From contig OX597817.1 in assembly GCA_951406725.2 (NCBI GenBank), forward strand, positions 139,066,001 to 139,130,000: DNA of 64,000 nucleotides, read 5' to 3'. The notes beneath the pieces were generated by a model. It was not told the origin of the DNA and did not search any database. It saw only the letters and a program-made list of their open reading frames with translations. The DNA is from Octopus vulgaris (Eukaryota). This document shows, piece by piece, positions 28,101-38,020 of the stretch. Position 1 is the first letter of the stretch. The number at the start of each line of letters is the position of its first letter. The position numbers and the translations under genes are program-made.

Positions 28101-31100
28101 AGTAAGTTTTGGTCAGTGGAAGAGAGTGATTGGTCAGGATGTTGTCTTACTGAAGGCATTGAAGTGGTCAATGTTCAGCCTGAACATCTGTTATCAAATC
28201 ATAATCTGCTGCTTGAATTGATGACCTATTGTTACCCTTGGTGGACTTAAACTATATATATATATATTTCTTTATTGCCCACAAGGGGCTAAACATAGAG
28301 GGGACAAACAAGGACAGACAAAGGGATTAAGTCGATTACATCGACCCCAGTGCGTAATTGGTACTTAATTTATCGACCCCGAAAGGATGAAAGGCGAAGT
28401 CAACCTCGGCGGAATTTGAACTCACAACATAACGGCAGACGAAATTCGGCTACTCATTTCGCCTGGCATGCTAACATTTCTGCCAGCTCGCCACCTTAAA
28501 CTATATATATAGTTAATTAAATATGTCCTTTAAAAACAAGGTGTATTGGATGTCAATTAAGTGCTCCAGTATGAAATATGTCTAAAATCTTAAAAGATAT
28601 TTAAAGATTCCTGAGAGCAGTTATATATTAGAGAGTAAAAGAGTGGAATAGTTATATCTTAAAAATCATAATAAAGTTAGTATATAATATTAACAATATT
28701 GTATTAATAGATAAATGACGTACAGCTATGATTATTTAAATGTTTTAAAATGTTTAAAAGTTCTTACGATCATTTCATGAATATACTTCCTTTTTAAATG
28801 AAATCTAAAGGCAAGCATCGTTGCGAAGTATGTCCACTCATCAAAGAGTGGTGGAAATCAAATGAAAAAAATGCTGTTTAAAACAAATTAGAAAAACGTT
28901 TAAAAAATTATTGGTATTCATATATCTGTGTTGGTATAAATTTGAGCAAAAATTTCCAAAAAGGTAGAATAAATCCATGGTAAAAATTTGTGATGGTTGT
29001 ATAAAGATAGAATTCCTATCATCCATTCCTTCTTCCGTGTGTAATCCATAAATGTGAGAGAATAAAAGTGATTATTTGTTGCCTTTATTATTATTGTGTT
29101 AAAACCAGAAGATATCATTATTAATTTATATTTTATGCAAATCTAGATATTGTTGTGTATTGACTTGGTTTAGAGTAAATTAATGTATTATACTTAAAGT
29201 CAATTAATTACATATTAAAAACGTATAGGTTCAAGTTTCAAGAGGATAAATTCTAAGTATTTATTTAATGGATAATCTATATCTTGTGAATATGTGTTTC
29301 ATTTTAAATAATTTTAAGTTGATTTTTTTTTTTACTTAAAATAATTTTGATATTTTATCATAACAAAATATAAAAGAAAAAATATTAATGTGAAGCTTTT
29401 CTTAATCATCGCCTATAGTGTTTAAAAGTTTTATAAAACCAATGTCTACATGTGGATCTTGCTTCCAACTAGCAGCTAATGAAATTATTTTGCTTATATA
29501 ATATGGATTGTGATTCTTTTGTACAAAAATGGCAAACAGAAGATTTATGGGAAAATGGTGTAGCTAAGTCAATAATTGACCAGGATAATTTATAGTTAAC
29601 ATTTTTTTAGCTTGAGTTTATGTATATATGCAGCCAATGAATACTTGTATATATGCAGCCAATGAATACTTGTATATATGCATTCATGAATACTTGTATG
29701 TATATGCAGGATGAGGAAGTATAGTTACTTCCCTTCTACTGTTCATCTTTAAACTTATGAAAGGATTATGGATGTTTTGATGTAATGGGATGTCATTTGG
29801 ATTATTGTCTGTGGGAGGAACAATGTATTTTTGTTGTTATTGTGTCTATTACTCATCATCATCATCATTTAACATCCGCTTTCCTTGCTAACATGGGTTG
29901 GACGATTTGACTGAGGTCTGGCGAACCAGACTCCAATCCGATCTGGCAGAGTTTCTACAGCTGGATGCCCTTTCTAATGCCAACCACCCCGAGAGTGTAG
30001 TGGGTGCTTTTACGTGCCACCGGCACGAGGGCCAGTTTGGTGGTACTGGCAACCGCCACGCCCAAATGGTGCTTTTTACATGCCACCTGCACAGGAGCCA
30101 GTCCAGTGGCACTGGCGACGACCTCACTCGAATATCTCACATGCCACCAGCACAAGTGCTAGTAAGGCGATGCAATTAATAATATTATTACTATTATTAT
30201 TGTTAATAGTTAGTGTTTAGTTTATTGTCGATAGAGTTGAACCAGTCCACAACCTGGAATGAGTTAAACCATAAATTAAGTTTGAGTATTTTCATTAACA
30301 AAGGAATGTACTTATCAAGAACTGTTTTGCAAAGTATACCAATATCCGAACTAGAAGGGCAGATAAGCTGGAGAGTTGGGTTATTGAAGAAGTTAGGTTT
30401 GTGTCCCTTTAAGATAAAACTGGGTTGCTTTGAAGTTAAAGGCCCAGTTTTCGTTTGTAACTTATATTTTTCCATAATTTTCTGATCCCCTCGATTGGCC
30501 TTTCTGATAATGCTTTTACTCATAGTCTTGTATATTTCTTTGTATTTCCTTCCTGAGTAGTTTTAGGTAAAAATCCTTGCTTAAGTGATACAGGTTACCA
30601 GTTTTATCTGATTGAACAAGGAGGCCTTCCATGCTATTGATTTCTTTGGTAATATTATGTAGATATTTTAGATGTTTATTTCTTAAGGGTGAGCGATGGA
30701 ATTTAACATTCTTAATAGATCAGAAGTCCTCTTCAAACTGTTTTAAACTTGGGTTAGGAGGAAGATTATTTTTAGATTTCAATAGTTTACTAAATTCAGA
30801 ATTTGGGTCATTGGACGGTGGCTTGACATCCTTATTATCAAAGAAGAAAGCTTGCCATCTTATATGATTAATAAAAGAGTTAATCTTATTTGATGAGTTG
30901 TTTCAGGAAAACTTAAAATGCCATTTACCAATGTAAAATTACCTCTGGATCTAAAGAATTCTTTTGTATTGGATTATCTTCTATGGAGTTGAAATGCTAT
31001 ACAGCAAACCATTTTTCAGCTTTTAAATATAGTCATAAGTGTAATTCTACAGGACTTAGTAAGCTAATTTGGCACCTTAAAGACTCTAACAAACTTTTTT

Positions 31101-34100
31101 TCTTTAGATTATAAAATTTTATCCAGATCATTCCCCTATGACAAAAGGAAATCTTTTTGACCTCTCTGTGTGGAAGAGCAACTATCCTCTTTTCTAAACA
31201 TAAACTGGTAAACACCTTTAATGAATGAGTTTACAGGTGTTTACATTGGAAAAAACACTCCTTTGCTTTTTTTTAAATAATATTTACCCCTCATCTAATG
31301 ATAATTTCTGCTACTTATCTTTATTCTTACTTCCCGTAATCCATATTCTTCCCTTCAGCTTTTCTTTCCCTCCGTCATATTTTCTCCTTCTGTTCATAAC
31401 TTCCTTTTTCCTTTAACTTTGTTCTTTCATTCCCCCTTTCTTCCTCTATACCTTCTCTTCTTCCCTCACCCTAAGGCATCTGTTTCCTCAAGGGCGTTTT
31501 CAAATTTCTAGCGTTCCCTTCACAACTTCGCTTTCAATGTGTGTACGCGTGTATACACCTATGTGTATATAATATATATATATATATATATAATATACGC
31601 ATTGCATATATTAGAGTTTCTTATACTTATTAAAATGTCTATTTGATGAGCACTGTCGTTTATATCCTCCCTGATGAGATTGATGCATTGCTCAACATTA
31701 TTCGTCCTGTGAGATGTATTTTGAATGCATCCATCAAAACATATGTCGATGATATGAAGATATAAATGATCTAATAACATCTTAGGCGTTTGTCTCCATT
31801 TTCAAATTTTCCAATATATATATATATATATATATATATGTGGGGTAGAATTCACAAAAAAAACAAAAGACAGAGTCAAATAGTGTAGACAACAAACAGA
31901 TGTATTAGTTTAGCACCCAGGAAGTGAAATGGTCTTTAACATTTCAAGCCTACGCTAGAAGTGCAGGTGAAGGAGTTGGGGATATGACAGTGTCATTGAT
32001 GGGTGTTGGAGAGGTAAGGGCAAGTGCAGCAACATGGGTGGGAGCAGGGGAACGAGCCAGGTTGGAAGGTTGGGTTAGGGAAGAAGCTGTGGACCAAGAG
32101 GTCTCGTAGGTTCTGGGCTCATTTGAAGGAGGAGAGGGGTCGATTAGGGAAGATGTGCGAAGTGGAGGGGTCAGACTGGAGTCACCGGAAGGCTTGGAGT
32201 GGTAAGTGAGGGGAGACAGTGGGGCAGGTGCTGGGGAGAGAGCAGATGCACGGTCCACAGAACGTACTCTAGCAAGAGAGTTTGATGTGTTTAGGATGGG
32301 AGGAGTAGTAGTTATCGTATGAGTGCGAGTCTGTGTGTTTGGATGGAGGTGGTGAGAGTGGAGTGATAAATGCTGACCAAAATGTCAAGAAAGGAGACAG
32401 AAGTGTCAGAGATACTGCAGAAGTGGAGGGCATGATGGAAAGATTTGACAAAAGAGAGGAAGAAGTCTAGATGTTTGCGGGAGAATGAGATCATACCAAT
32501 ACAGTCATTAATATAACAGCCGTATAGTTCGTGAGTGGTACCAGTGAAACTTGAGAATATTTGGGCCTCAACGTAACCAACAGACAGGTTCGCATAGTTG
32601 GGGCCCATTCACGTTCTCATGACCACTCCCGAGACATGCTGGTAAAAATCACCAGCAAACGAGAAGCAGTTGAGTGAGAGGACAAGTTCGGCCAGATGAA
32701 CGAGCATAGATGTCAGGTTGGGGGTTGGGTCGAAGGTCAAGGAAATATATATATATTCTTTCTTTTCTTTTATTCTTTTATTTGTTTCAGTCAATTGACT
32801 GCAACCATGCTGGAGCACTGCCTTTAGTCAAAAATTGACCCCAGGACTTATTCTTTGTAAACCTAGTACTTATTCTATTGGTCTCTTTGCCGAACTGCTA
32901 AGTTACAGGGACGTAAACACACCACCATCAGTTGTCAGGCGATGTTGTGGTGACACACACATATATATAACAGGCTTCTTTCAGTTTCCATCTAGCAAAT
33001 CCACTCACAAGGCTTTGATCGGCCCAAGGCTATAGTAGAAGACCCTTGCTGTTTCTGGTTTGGGTAGAATGGTTCGACATGATTCAACAAGCCAGGGGAC
33101 TCTGTTGGGCTCCAGTGTTTGCTTTGGCATGGTTTCTACAGCTGGATACCCTTCTTAATGCCAACCATTTTACAGAATGTCCTGGATGCTTTTATTCTCC
33201 CACCAGCTGTTGTGAGTTCACCGAGCAAATAGCAAGAGGACCTTTTCACAGATTTAGGGTGCAGTATTGAGGGATGTGGTTTCATGCCAGGTATGAAAGA
33301 GGGGACAGAGTAGATACGTGGTAACCAAACTGTTAATCCATTAGTCGTTAATTAATGAAATTCACATTTTTGTTCACGATTTAACTTTGAAGTTAACTTT
33401 GGAAATCATTATCAGACTAATTAACCTCTGTTCACTTCAATTCGATTGAAGGTAACGTATCTCATAGTTTGGGCACTTTTTAAAAGTGTCTTTGTGTGGT
33501 TTTAAGCCAAAAACCGATTTTTTTGTATTTTTCTGTAATAAAAATTAATGTTAACTGTTTATCAATAACTTCCTTTACATTAGGAAATAATTAACTGATT
33601 AACGGTTATCAAAGTTAACTTTTAGTTTTACTGTGTCCACCTTTGATGGTAACTCCACAAAGAAAGAGACAAAAAAAAAGTGAAAATGATGTGTCAGGGC
33701 ATACCACCCCACAAGGTACAAGAAGGTGAATGAAGAAAGAATAAGGGTATTACTGGATGAGTGGTAGGTTTGTGAGGGTGTGAAGGGAGGGTGAGTGTAG
33801 GGGGATAGAGGTGAATATCAGTTTGTGGGGCCACTGCCAGCCTCCCCTGACACCTGTGCCAGTGGCACGTAAAAAGCACCCACTACATTCACGGAGTGGT
33901 TGGCATTAGGAAGGGCATCCAGCTGTAGAAACACTGCCAGATCAGACTGGAGCCTGGTGCAGCCTCCTGGCTTCCCAGACCCCGGTCAAACTGTCGAACC
34001 CGTGTTAGCACGGAAAACGGACGTTAAACAATGATGATGATGATGATCAGTTTGTGGGGAATGTAAGGAAAAAAGGTGGGGATCAGAGGGGGAAGTGGTG

Positions 34101-34742
34101 ATACATAAAGAAGTGGGTGGAGTGACTACAATAAAACCAAAGAGAGATGCCTAGGAGAGGGGTAACTAGTAGCACAAAAGGGTAGGCATGGAATATATGC
34201 AGTTCTACTCTCATCTAATTACCACAGGTGAGAAAATGATGCTGTAGTTATGCAGTTGCAGAAGGAGTGGGTATTATGAAGATGAGTTGTAGAGATTGCT
34301 TGACAGGTATAGACCCATCATCAGAAGTTAGGTTTAGTGCTGACAAATTCTTAGATAAACTAAGGAACAATTCCGTTATATCTTTTGGCTAACACACACA
34401 CACATTCTAGATTTTTCAATTTTCTCATAATTATAGATATCTACAATACTCTAAATGTCAACCACCTCACCAACAACAACACTGAACACCTTTTTGATCT
34501 CCACGTGTCTAACACACGTGGACATGCCTACAAAGTCAGAAAACAACACAGCTCCCATGACTTTCGGAAACATTTTTTCACGCTCAGAGTTGCTGAAGCA
34601 TGGAATAAACTGCCTGCGTCAGTTGTTGACTGCCATGACACTGCATCCTTTAAGGCCCTCATGCTTTCCGAAATCCGCCGAAACTACACCTGATTATATA
34701 TACACTTTAGATGAGTTGTAGTGCACCTGAGCACTGTACACA

Positions 34743-34777
<35 letters not shown>

Positions 34778-37673
34778 CTGTCTCAACAGCCGTTGATTAT
34801 CAAATATAATATCTCAGAAATGGTATATTCTACCAAACAGCCAACTCAGTCCATTTGCTGTCTCTAAAATGTTTGGTTTCTCTGATAAATTACTATCTTC
34901 TCTATTTTCTGCGGTTCCACTTCCTTATGGAAACAAAGCAAGAATTTACATTTTCCATATTTCATTTCTAATGTTGTTATTGAGTTCTTCTCTATTTAAA
35001 TAATCTGGGGTACATTGAATGGTTGCTGCTAAATAACCTGAATAGCTTCAGTTCTATGATGATGTTGAATCAAATGTAAACAATTAAAATTCTTCTGCCA
35101 ACACCAGATAAAGCCTAACTCCCTTAATATGTACCATTTCCAAAGAGAGAGAGAGAGAGGGGGGAGAGAGGGAATCCATTGAAGTGGCATTCCGGTGTTG
35201 CCTTCAGACCTGTGCAAGTATTTTGGTCTTTGCATCATCATCATCATCATCGTGTAACATTCGTTTTCCCTGCTGGCATGGGTTGGATGGTTCGACCAGG
35301 GTCTGGGAAGCCAGGAGGCTGCACCAGGCGCCAGTCTGATCTGGCAGTGTTTCTACAGCTGGATGCCCTTCCAAACGCCAACCACTCTTTGAGTGTAGTG
35401 GGTGCTTTTTACGTGCCACCAGGACAGGGACCAGAGGAGGCTGGCAACGGCTACGATTGGTTGATGCTTTTTACATGCCACTGGCACGGAAGCCAGCCAA
35501 GGCAGCGCACCATAAATTAATAAACTACAGTTTGTTATATAGGTGTTATGGTTAGAAAATTACTATGTTTAAATCTCACAATGAAAGATATTCAGCAACA
35601 GTACTTTGTAGTAAAGATTGTTTGTCAACATAACATGGCAGTCCTGGTTTAGGACGAATGTTACTGTAATTTAGCCCCCAGAGACATTGTCTCCAGCTGG
35701 CTATACAACACAATCTGTGTCCTTATATTTTCGAACAAGGGATTCTAGCACCCCCACTCAGCTCAAAACAATATCTGTGTATCGCAATTTCTGGGTGATT
35801 TCCCTTCATCAGCACATCTAGCCAAACAATTATTCTGTGCTGATGAAGGGAAATAACCTGGAAATCGTGATACACAGATATTGTTTTGAGCTGAGTGGGA
35901 GTGCTAGATTCCCTTGTTCGAAAATATAAGGACACAGATCGTGTCGTATAGCCAGCTGGAGACGATGTCTCCTGGGGCTAAATTATGGCAACATTCATCC
36001 CAAACCAGGACTGCTATGTTATGTTGACAAATGATCTTTACTACAGGTGTTACGGTGTTCACAACAGAAGACTGTGTCTCTCTGTGGTGCCTTTTATAGT
36101 ACAAAGAAGGAGATAGACCAACTAGAGAGTTTCAATGTAGTCACTGGATCTGCTAGAAATAGCAGCTAAATCATCTTAGAAATACATACAATAAAGGCAT
36201 GGCTGTGTGACTAAGAAGTCTGCCTCCCAACTATGTAACTTCAGATTCAGTCCCATTTCCTGTCACATTAGGCAGGTGTCTTCTACTCTGATCCCAGAAT
36301 ATGTGGATTTGGTAGACAGAAATTGAAAGAAACCCATCAAATGTATGTGTGTGTGTGCATATATTTGTACTTCCCAGAAAACCCAAAGCTATCTGCAATG
36401 GTGTTGTTGCCATTTCTTTTGTCAACCTAATTATCTGCTATTTTTTGTGTCTTCAAAGACATGAAATAATGGATCCCTTACTTGAAAAACAGTTAAAGGT
36501 TAGTGACGGGAAAGACTTCATCCTCATCCTTTGACATCAGTTTTCCATTCTGGTATGAGTTGCACAGTTTATAGGATCCAGTGAGCTATATGGCAGCATC
36601 AAACTCCAATTTTGGTACAGTTCTTGCAGCTGGATACCCTTCCTAATACCAACCACACCCGCAGCGTATGCTGAGTACTTTTTCTTGTGACGTCAACCAG
36701 GAAATTGTAAAACAAGAAACAATACCTTAGTTATAGATTTGTCGAAGTGATAACAGCATGGACAAAAAAAGAAATAGAAATGTAAAAATATGAATGACTG
36801 AATAATATACTTCACATTTTGGCCTTTTGCTCTCCTTGTCTGCCATCTTTGATATAACTCTTGTCACTTCATCACTTATCTTTCTTATTTCTTTTCTACC
36901 CACAAGGGGCTAAACATAAAGGGGACAAACAAGGACAGACAAACGGATTAAGTCGATTACATTGACTCCAGTGTGTAACTGGTACTTAATTTATCGACCC
37001 TGAAAGGATGAAAGGCAAAATCAACTTTGGCGGAATTTGAACTCAGATTGTAACGGCAGACGAAATACCTATTTCTTTACTACCCACAAGGGGCTAAACA
37101 TAGAGGGGACAATCAAGGACAGACAAACTGATTAAGTCATTTACATCGACCCCAGTGTGTAACTGGTACTTAATTTATCGACCCCGAACGAATGAAAGGC
37201 AAAGTCAACCTCAGAGAAATTTGAACTCAGAACGTAACGGCAGACGAAATACCTATTTCTTTACTACCCACAAGGGGCTAAACATAGAGGGGACAAACAA
37301 GGACAGACAAAGGGGTTAAGTCGATTACATCGACCCCAGTGTGTAACTGGTACTTATCTTTCTGTCACCCACCTCTCCACTCATCACTCACTTTTCCTAT
37401 TGTCCACTTCCTCCCTTTCTATTAACATCCATCACACACTCTCCTCACCACCACCAATTCTGTTTCCTCTTCCATACTCTTTCACCCACTTGTCCTCATT
37501 TTTGTCCTCTCTTTCTTTTCTCCTTCCTTCTCTATGCTCTATTTTTGTATCATTTTCGTTGTCCTTTTCTTGGACGCCATCATCTTATCAAGGGGTTAAT
37601 CTTTTAAATATTTTCTCTACATTGCAGGTCTGTGAACTTTGATATAATCCGATATCTGTATGATTTCTTGTAA
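5090..37673 (+). CDS. ORC5: Origin recognition complex subunit 5, spliced gene (13 coding exons in window; N-terminal exon upstream of window)
   Basis: Exons 5090-5182, 7763-7966, 9381-9455, 10684-10795, 14410-14540, 16297-16345, 19687-19777, 21035-21108, 22675-22778, 22884-22931, 25271-25381, 27691-27803, 37628-37673. All have AG/GT boundaries with compatible phases, total 1251 nt = 416 aa + TAA. ORC5 motifs: [11 protein letters not shown] (Walker A), [83 protein letters not shown]. Confidence 0.97.
6406..6718. mobile_element. Palindromic PLE-type insertion (arms 6406-6629) with 90-bp extension, inside an (ATT)n tract
   Basis: About 105-bp inverted arms; HHR-topology motif with non-canonical core on each arm at the centre. 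Confidence 0.75.
6720..6990 (-). mobile_element. 3' end of R4/Dong-like LINE
   Basis: Minus strand [17 protein letters not shown]...[13 protein letters not shown] followed by (TAA)n tail. Confidence 0.75.
7046..7470 (+). mobile_element. RTE 3'-tail derived element with internal ~62-bp tandem units and (GAT)n tail
   Basis: Same sequence as the 3' UTR of the RTE at 45597-47456. Other copies at about 5379-5690(-), 11517-11911(+), 12250-12800(+), 13047-13240(-), 15088-15275(-), 18285-18402(-), 19140-19510(+), 23805-24227(+), 29853-30172(-), 33827-34047(+), 35232-35507(-), 42362-42700(-), 44965-45474(+), 51344-51494(-), 52013-52282(+). Confidence 0.88.
7763..7966 (+). CDS. ORC5: ORC5 exon
   Basis: gcag|TGCAAA...TATATT|gtaag; [23 protein letters not shown]...[11 protein letters not shown]...EETIYI; 204 nt. 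Confidence 0.95.
8793..9196 (+). mobile_element. 5'-truncated RTE-type LINE of a second family, (TGA)n tail, 12-bp TSD
   Basis: [20 protein letters not shown]...[11 protein letters not shown]...AMMDREVWR*; TGCTCCTTATAG (8781-8792) / TGTTCCTTATAG (9197-9208); nested in an older RTE fragment. Confidence 0.85.
9381..9455 (+). CDS. ORC5: ORC5 exon (Walker B region)
   Basis: acag|GTTCTT...GAACTG|gtatg; [25 protein letters not shown]; 75 nt. Confidence 0.95.
10684..10795 (+). CDS. ORC5: ORC5 exon
   Basis: tcag|ACCAAT...AGAG|gtaag; [37 protein letters not shown]; 112 nt. Confidence 0.95.
11198..12070 (-). mobile_element. CR1-clade LINE 3' fragment interrupted by an RTE-tail insertion (11517-11911)
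   Basis: Minus strand [21 protein letters not shown] / HAYKI...[10 protein letters not shown]; 3' UTR shared with the copy at 34445-34776. Confidence 0.75.
12905..13680 (-). mobile_element. Old decayed RTE C-terminal fragment
   Basis: [23 protein letters not shown] and LYWYGHVM motifs; interrupted by a tail-derived insertion at 13047-13240. Confidence 0.75.
14183..14377. repeat. 39-bp minisatellite x5 immediately upstream of an ORC5 acceptor
   Basis: CTGTTGTTTCTAAAATATTTAATAATTAACTGCCAGACT repeated at 14183, 14222, 14261, 14300, 14339. Confidence 0.95.
14410..14540 (+). CDS. ORC5: ORC5 exon
   Basis: acag|AGGAG...CATTTG|gttcgt; [44 protein letters not shown]; 131 nt. Confidence 0.95.
16297..16345 (+). 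CDS. ORC5: ORC5 exon
   Basis: ccag|GCTTCC...GAAG|gtatg; [16 protein letters not shown]; 49 nt. Confidence 0.93.
17530..17868. mobile_element. Palindromic PLE-type insertion (arms 17530-17808) + 60-bp extension, 13-bp TSD
   Basis: TGGTTTGCAAATA at 17517-17529 and 17869-17881; HHR-topology motif at the centre; a solo arm at about 47757-47880. Confidence 0.8.
19687..19777 (+). CDS. ORC5: ORC5 exon
   Basis: acag|CCACC...TCAAG|gtgag; [31 protein letters not shown]; 91 nt. Confidence 0.95.
19853..20058. mobile_element. TTAA MITE (piggyBac-like)
   Basis: TTAA|CCCTATTGATA...TATGAAAAGGG|TTAA. Confidence 0.7.
20125..20196 (+). tRNA. tRNA-Pro(AGG), probably a pseudogene
   Basis: 72 nt matching the metazoan tRNA-Pro sequence, anticodon AGG at 20157-20159; substitutions at position 1, the D-stem, the anticodon stem and T54 (GGGATCGAATCC); no oligo-T terminator nearby. 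Confidence 0.85.
21035..21108 (+). CDS. ORC5: ORC5 exon
   Basis: ccag|TGCACAA...CAAG|gtcag; [25 protein letters not shown]; 74 nt, phases fit both neighbours. Confidence 0.9.
22675..22778 (+). CDS. ORC5: ORC5 exon (winged-helix start)
   Basis: gcag|GTCGT...TGTAAG|gtaat; [35 protein letters not shown]; 104 nt. Confidence 0.95.
22884..22931 (+). CDS. ORC5: ORC5 exon (basic patch)
   Basis: tcag|AAATCT...GAGAGG|gtaag; [16 protein letters not shown]; 48 nt. Confidence 0.92.
23008..23645 (+). mobile_element. RTE LINE APE-endonuclease fragment
   Basis: [36 protein letters not shown]...GVGILL...IISAYA...[10 protein letters not shown]...[12 protein letters not shown]; in-frame stops. Confidence 0.9.
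23936..24168 (-). mobile_element. tRNA-derived SINE family B (GGCGGCGAGCTGGCAGAA head, AATAAAGAAA-type tail)
   Basis: B box GAGTTCAAATTC; nested in an RTE tail with TCAAACC duplication. Other copies at about 10920-11122, 26709-26901, 28267-28497, 36885-37355 (tandem), 57082-57312. Confidence 0.85.
24845..25194 (+). mobile_element. tRNA-derived SINE family C with 14-bp TSD in a CAA repeat
   Basis: TGGCCCAGTGG A box, GTTTCGATTCC B box; AAACATCAACAACA at 24831-24844 and 25195-25208; second copy at 55320-55690. Confidence 0.88.
25271..25381 (+). CDS. ORC5: ORC5 exon
   Basis: tcag|ACAAGC...CTGCAA|gtaag; [37 protein letters not shown]; 111 nt. Confidence 0.95.
27118..27534. mobile_element. Palindromic PLE-type insertion retaining one hammerhead motif (-), 14-bp flanking direct repeat
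   Basis: Arms 27118-27478; CTAGTTCTAACACT (27105) / CTAGCTCTAACACT (27535); homologous to 35553-36045 in inverted orientation. Confidence 0.82.
27269..27313 (-). ncRNA. Minimal type I hammerhead ribozyme motif
   Basis: Reverse complement TCTGTG-CTGATGA-AGGGAAATAACCTG-GAAA-TCGTGA-TA-CACAGA; identical to 35834-35878. Confidence 0.7.
27691..27803 (+). CDS. ORC5: ORC5 penultimate exon
   Basis: ctag|ATCAGT...GCCAG|gtata; [38 protein letters not shown]; 113 nt. Confidence 0.95.
28761..28847 (-). ncRNA. Degenerate hammerhead-like motif with long stem II
   Basis: Reverse complement TCT-TTGATGA-GTGGACATACTTC...GAAGTATATTCAT-GAAA-TGATCG-TA-AGA; core C3 changed to T. Confidence 0.5.
30205..30900 (-). 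mobile_element. Penelope-like element RT N-terminal fragment
   Basis: [35 protein letters not shown]...[19 protein letters not shown] resembles the PLE motif TLKDHKPNF.NNP..RLINP.KS.IG..SK.ILD; decayed. Confidence 0.7.
31842..32740 (-). mobile_element. Penelope-like element remnant (RT core fragment + pLTR piece)
   Basis: [60 protein letters not shown]; 31842-31955 is the reverse complement of the pLTR-like repeat at 49050-49207. Confidence 0.82.
33306..33644. mobile_element. Possible old non-autonomous DNA transposon
   Basis: Repeated GTTAAC/TTAACT subterminal motifs at both ends, weak terminal inverted similarity (CAGAGTAGATAC vs GTGTCCACCTTTG). Confidence 0.3.
34445..34776 (+). mobile_element. 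CR1-clade LINE 3' end with (ATT)n tail
   Basis: [13 protein letters not shown]...[21 protein letters not shown]...SFK* then a short UTR and (ATT)n. Confidence 0.88.
35774..35816 (-). ncRNA. Minimal type I hammerhead motif (left arm)
   Basis: Reverse complement TGTG-CTGATGA-AGGGAAATCACCCA-GAAA-TTGCGA-TA-CACA. Confidence 0.65.
35834..35878 (+). ncRNA. Minimal type I hammerhead motif (right arm), sense to ORC5
   Basis: TCTGTG-CTGATGA-AGGGAAATAACCTG-GAAA-TCGTGA-TA-CACAGA: 6-bp stem I, intact core, near-palindromic stem III. Confidence 0.7.
36885..37355 (-). repeat. Tandem array (about 2.5 x 184 bp) of head-truncated SINE family B
   Basis: Junction GACGAAATAC|CTATTTCTTTACTACCCAC repeated at about 37068 and 37252. 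Confidence 0.9.
37628..37673 (+). CDS. ORC5: ORC5 last coding exon
   Basis: gcag|GTCTGTG...TTCTTGTAA; (R)[14 protein letters not shown]. Confidence 0.95.
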
Positions 37674-37836
37674 AAACAGAAAACAAACACCACCATCGTT
37701 ACTGTTAACAGCACTATTATTAATGAATAACATTATCATTAATGTTAACAACATTTAATGATGGTATTGTTAATCATCATCATCATCATCATGACTGTAT
37801 AAAACTTTTTAAAAAGACCAACTTTATTCCTTCTGA

Positions 37837-37842
37837 AATAAA
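37837..37842 (+). promoter_or_regulatory. Candidate ORC5 polyadenylation signal
   Basis: AATAAA about 165 nt after the stop codon, followed by a T/GT-rich tract. Confidence 0.45.
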
Positions 37843-38020
37843 TATTATTTTCTAAAAGTATTCTGTTTGTTTTTTTATATTTTGAAAGGAAAATTTGGTT
37901 TTCGTATTTCCTCAATAATCTGTGCATCTTTCAAATTGTTTCCTTATTTCAACTTTCTCTTATACGTGCATATGTACATAGCTATTTGTATATACGTTTA
38001 CATATATACATGTGTATGTA

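Larger units (their letters stand above)
35553..36045. mobile_element. Palindromic PLE-type insertion with two head-to-head hammerheads
   Basis: Arms 35607-36045 (about 210 bp each); 54-bp extension on the left; AGGTGTTATGGT (35541) / AGGTGTTACGGT (36045) flanking repeat. Confidence 0.85.

Noticed and set aside
31665-31712. CCCTGATGAGATTGATGCATTGCTC hammerhead-like start
   Set aside because: The GAAA half of the core is missing.
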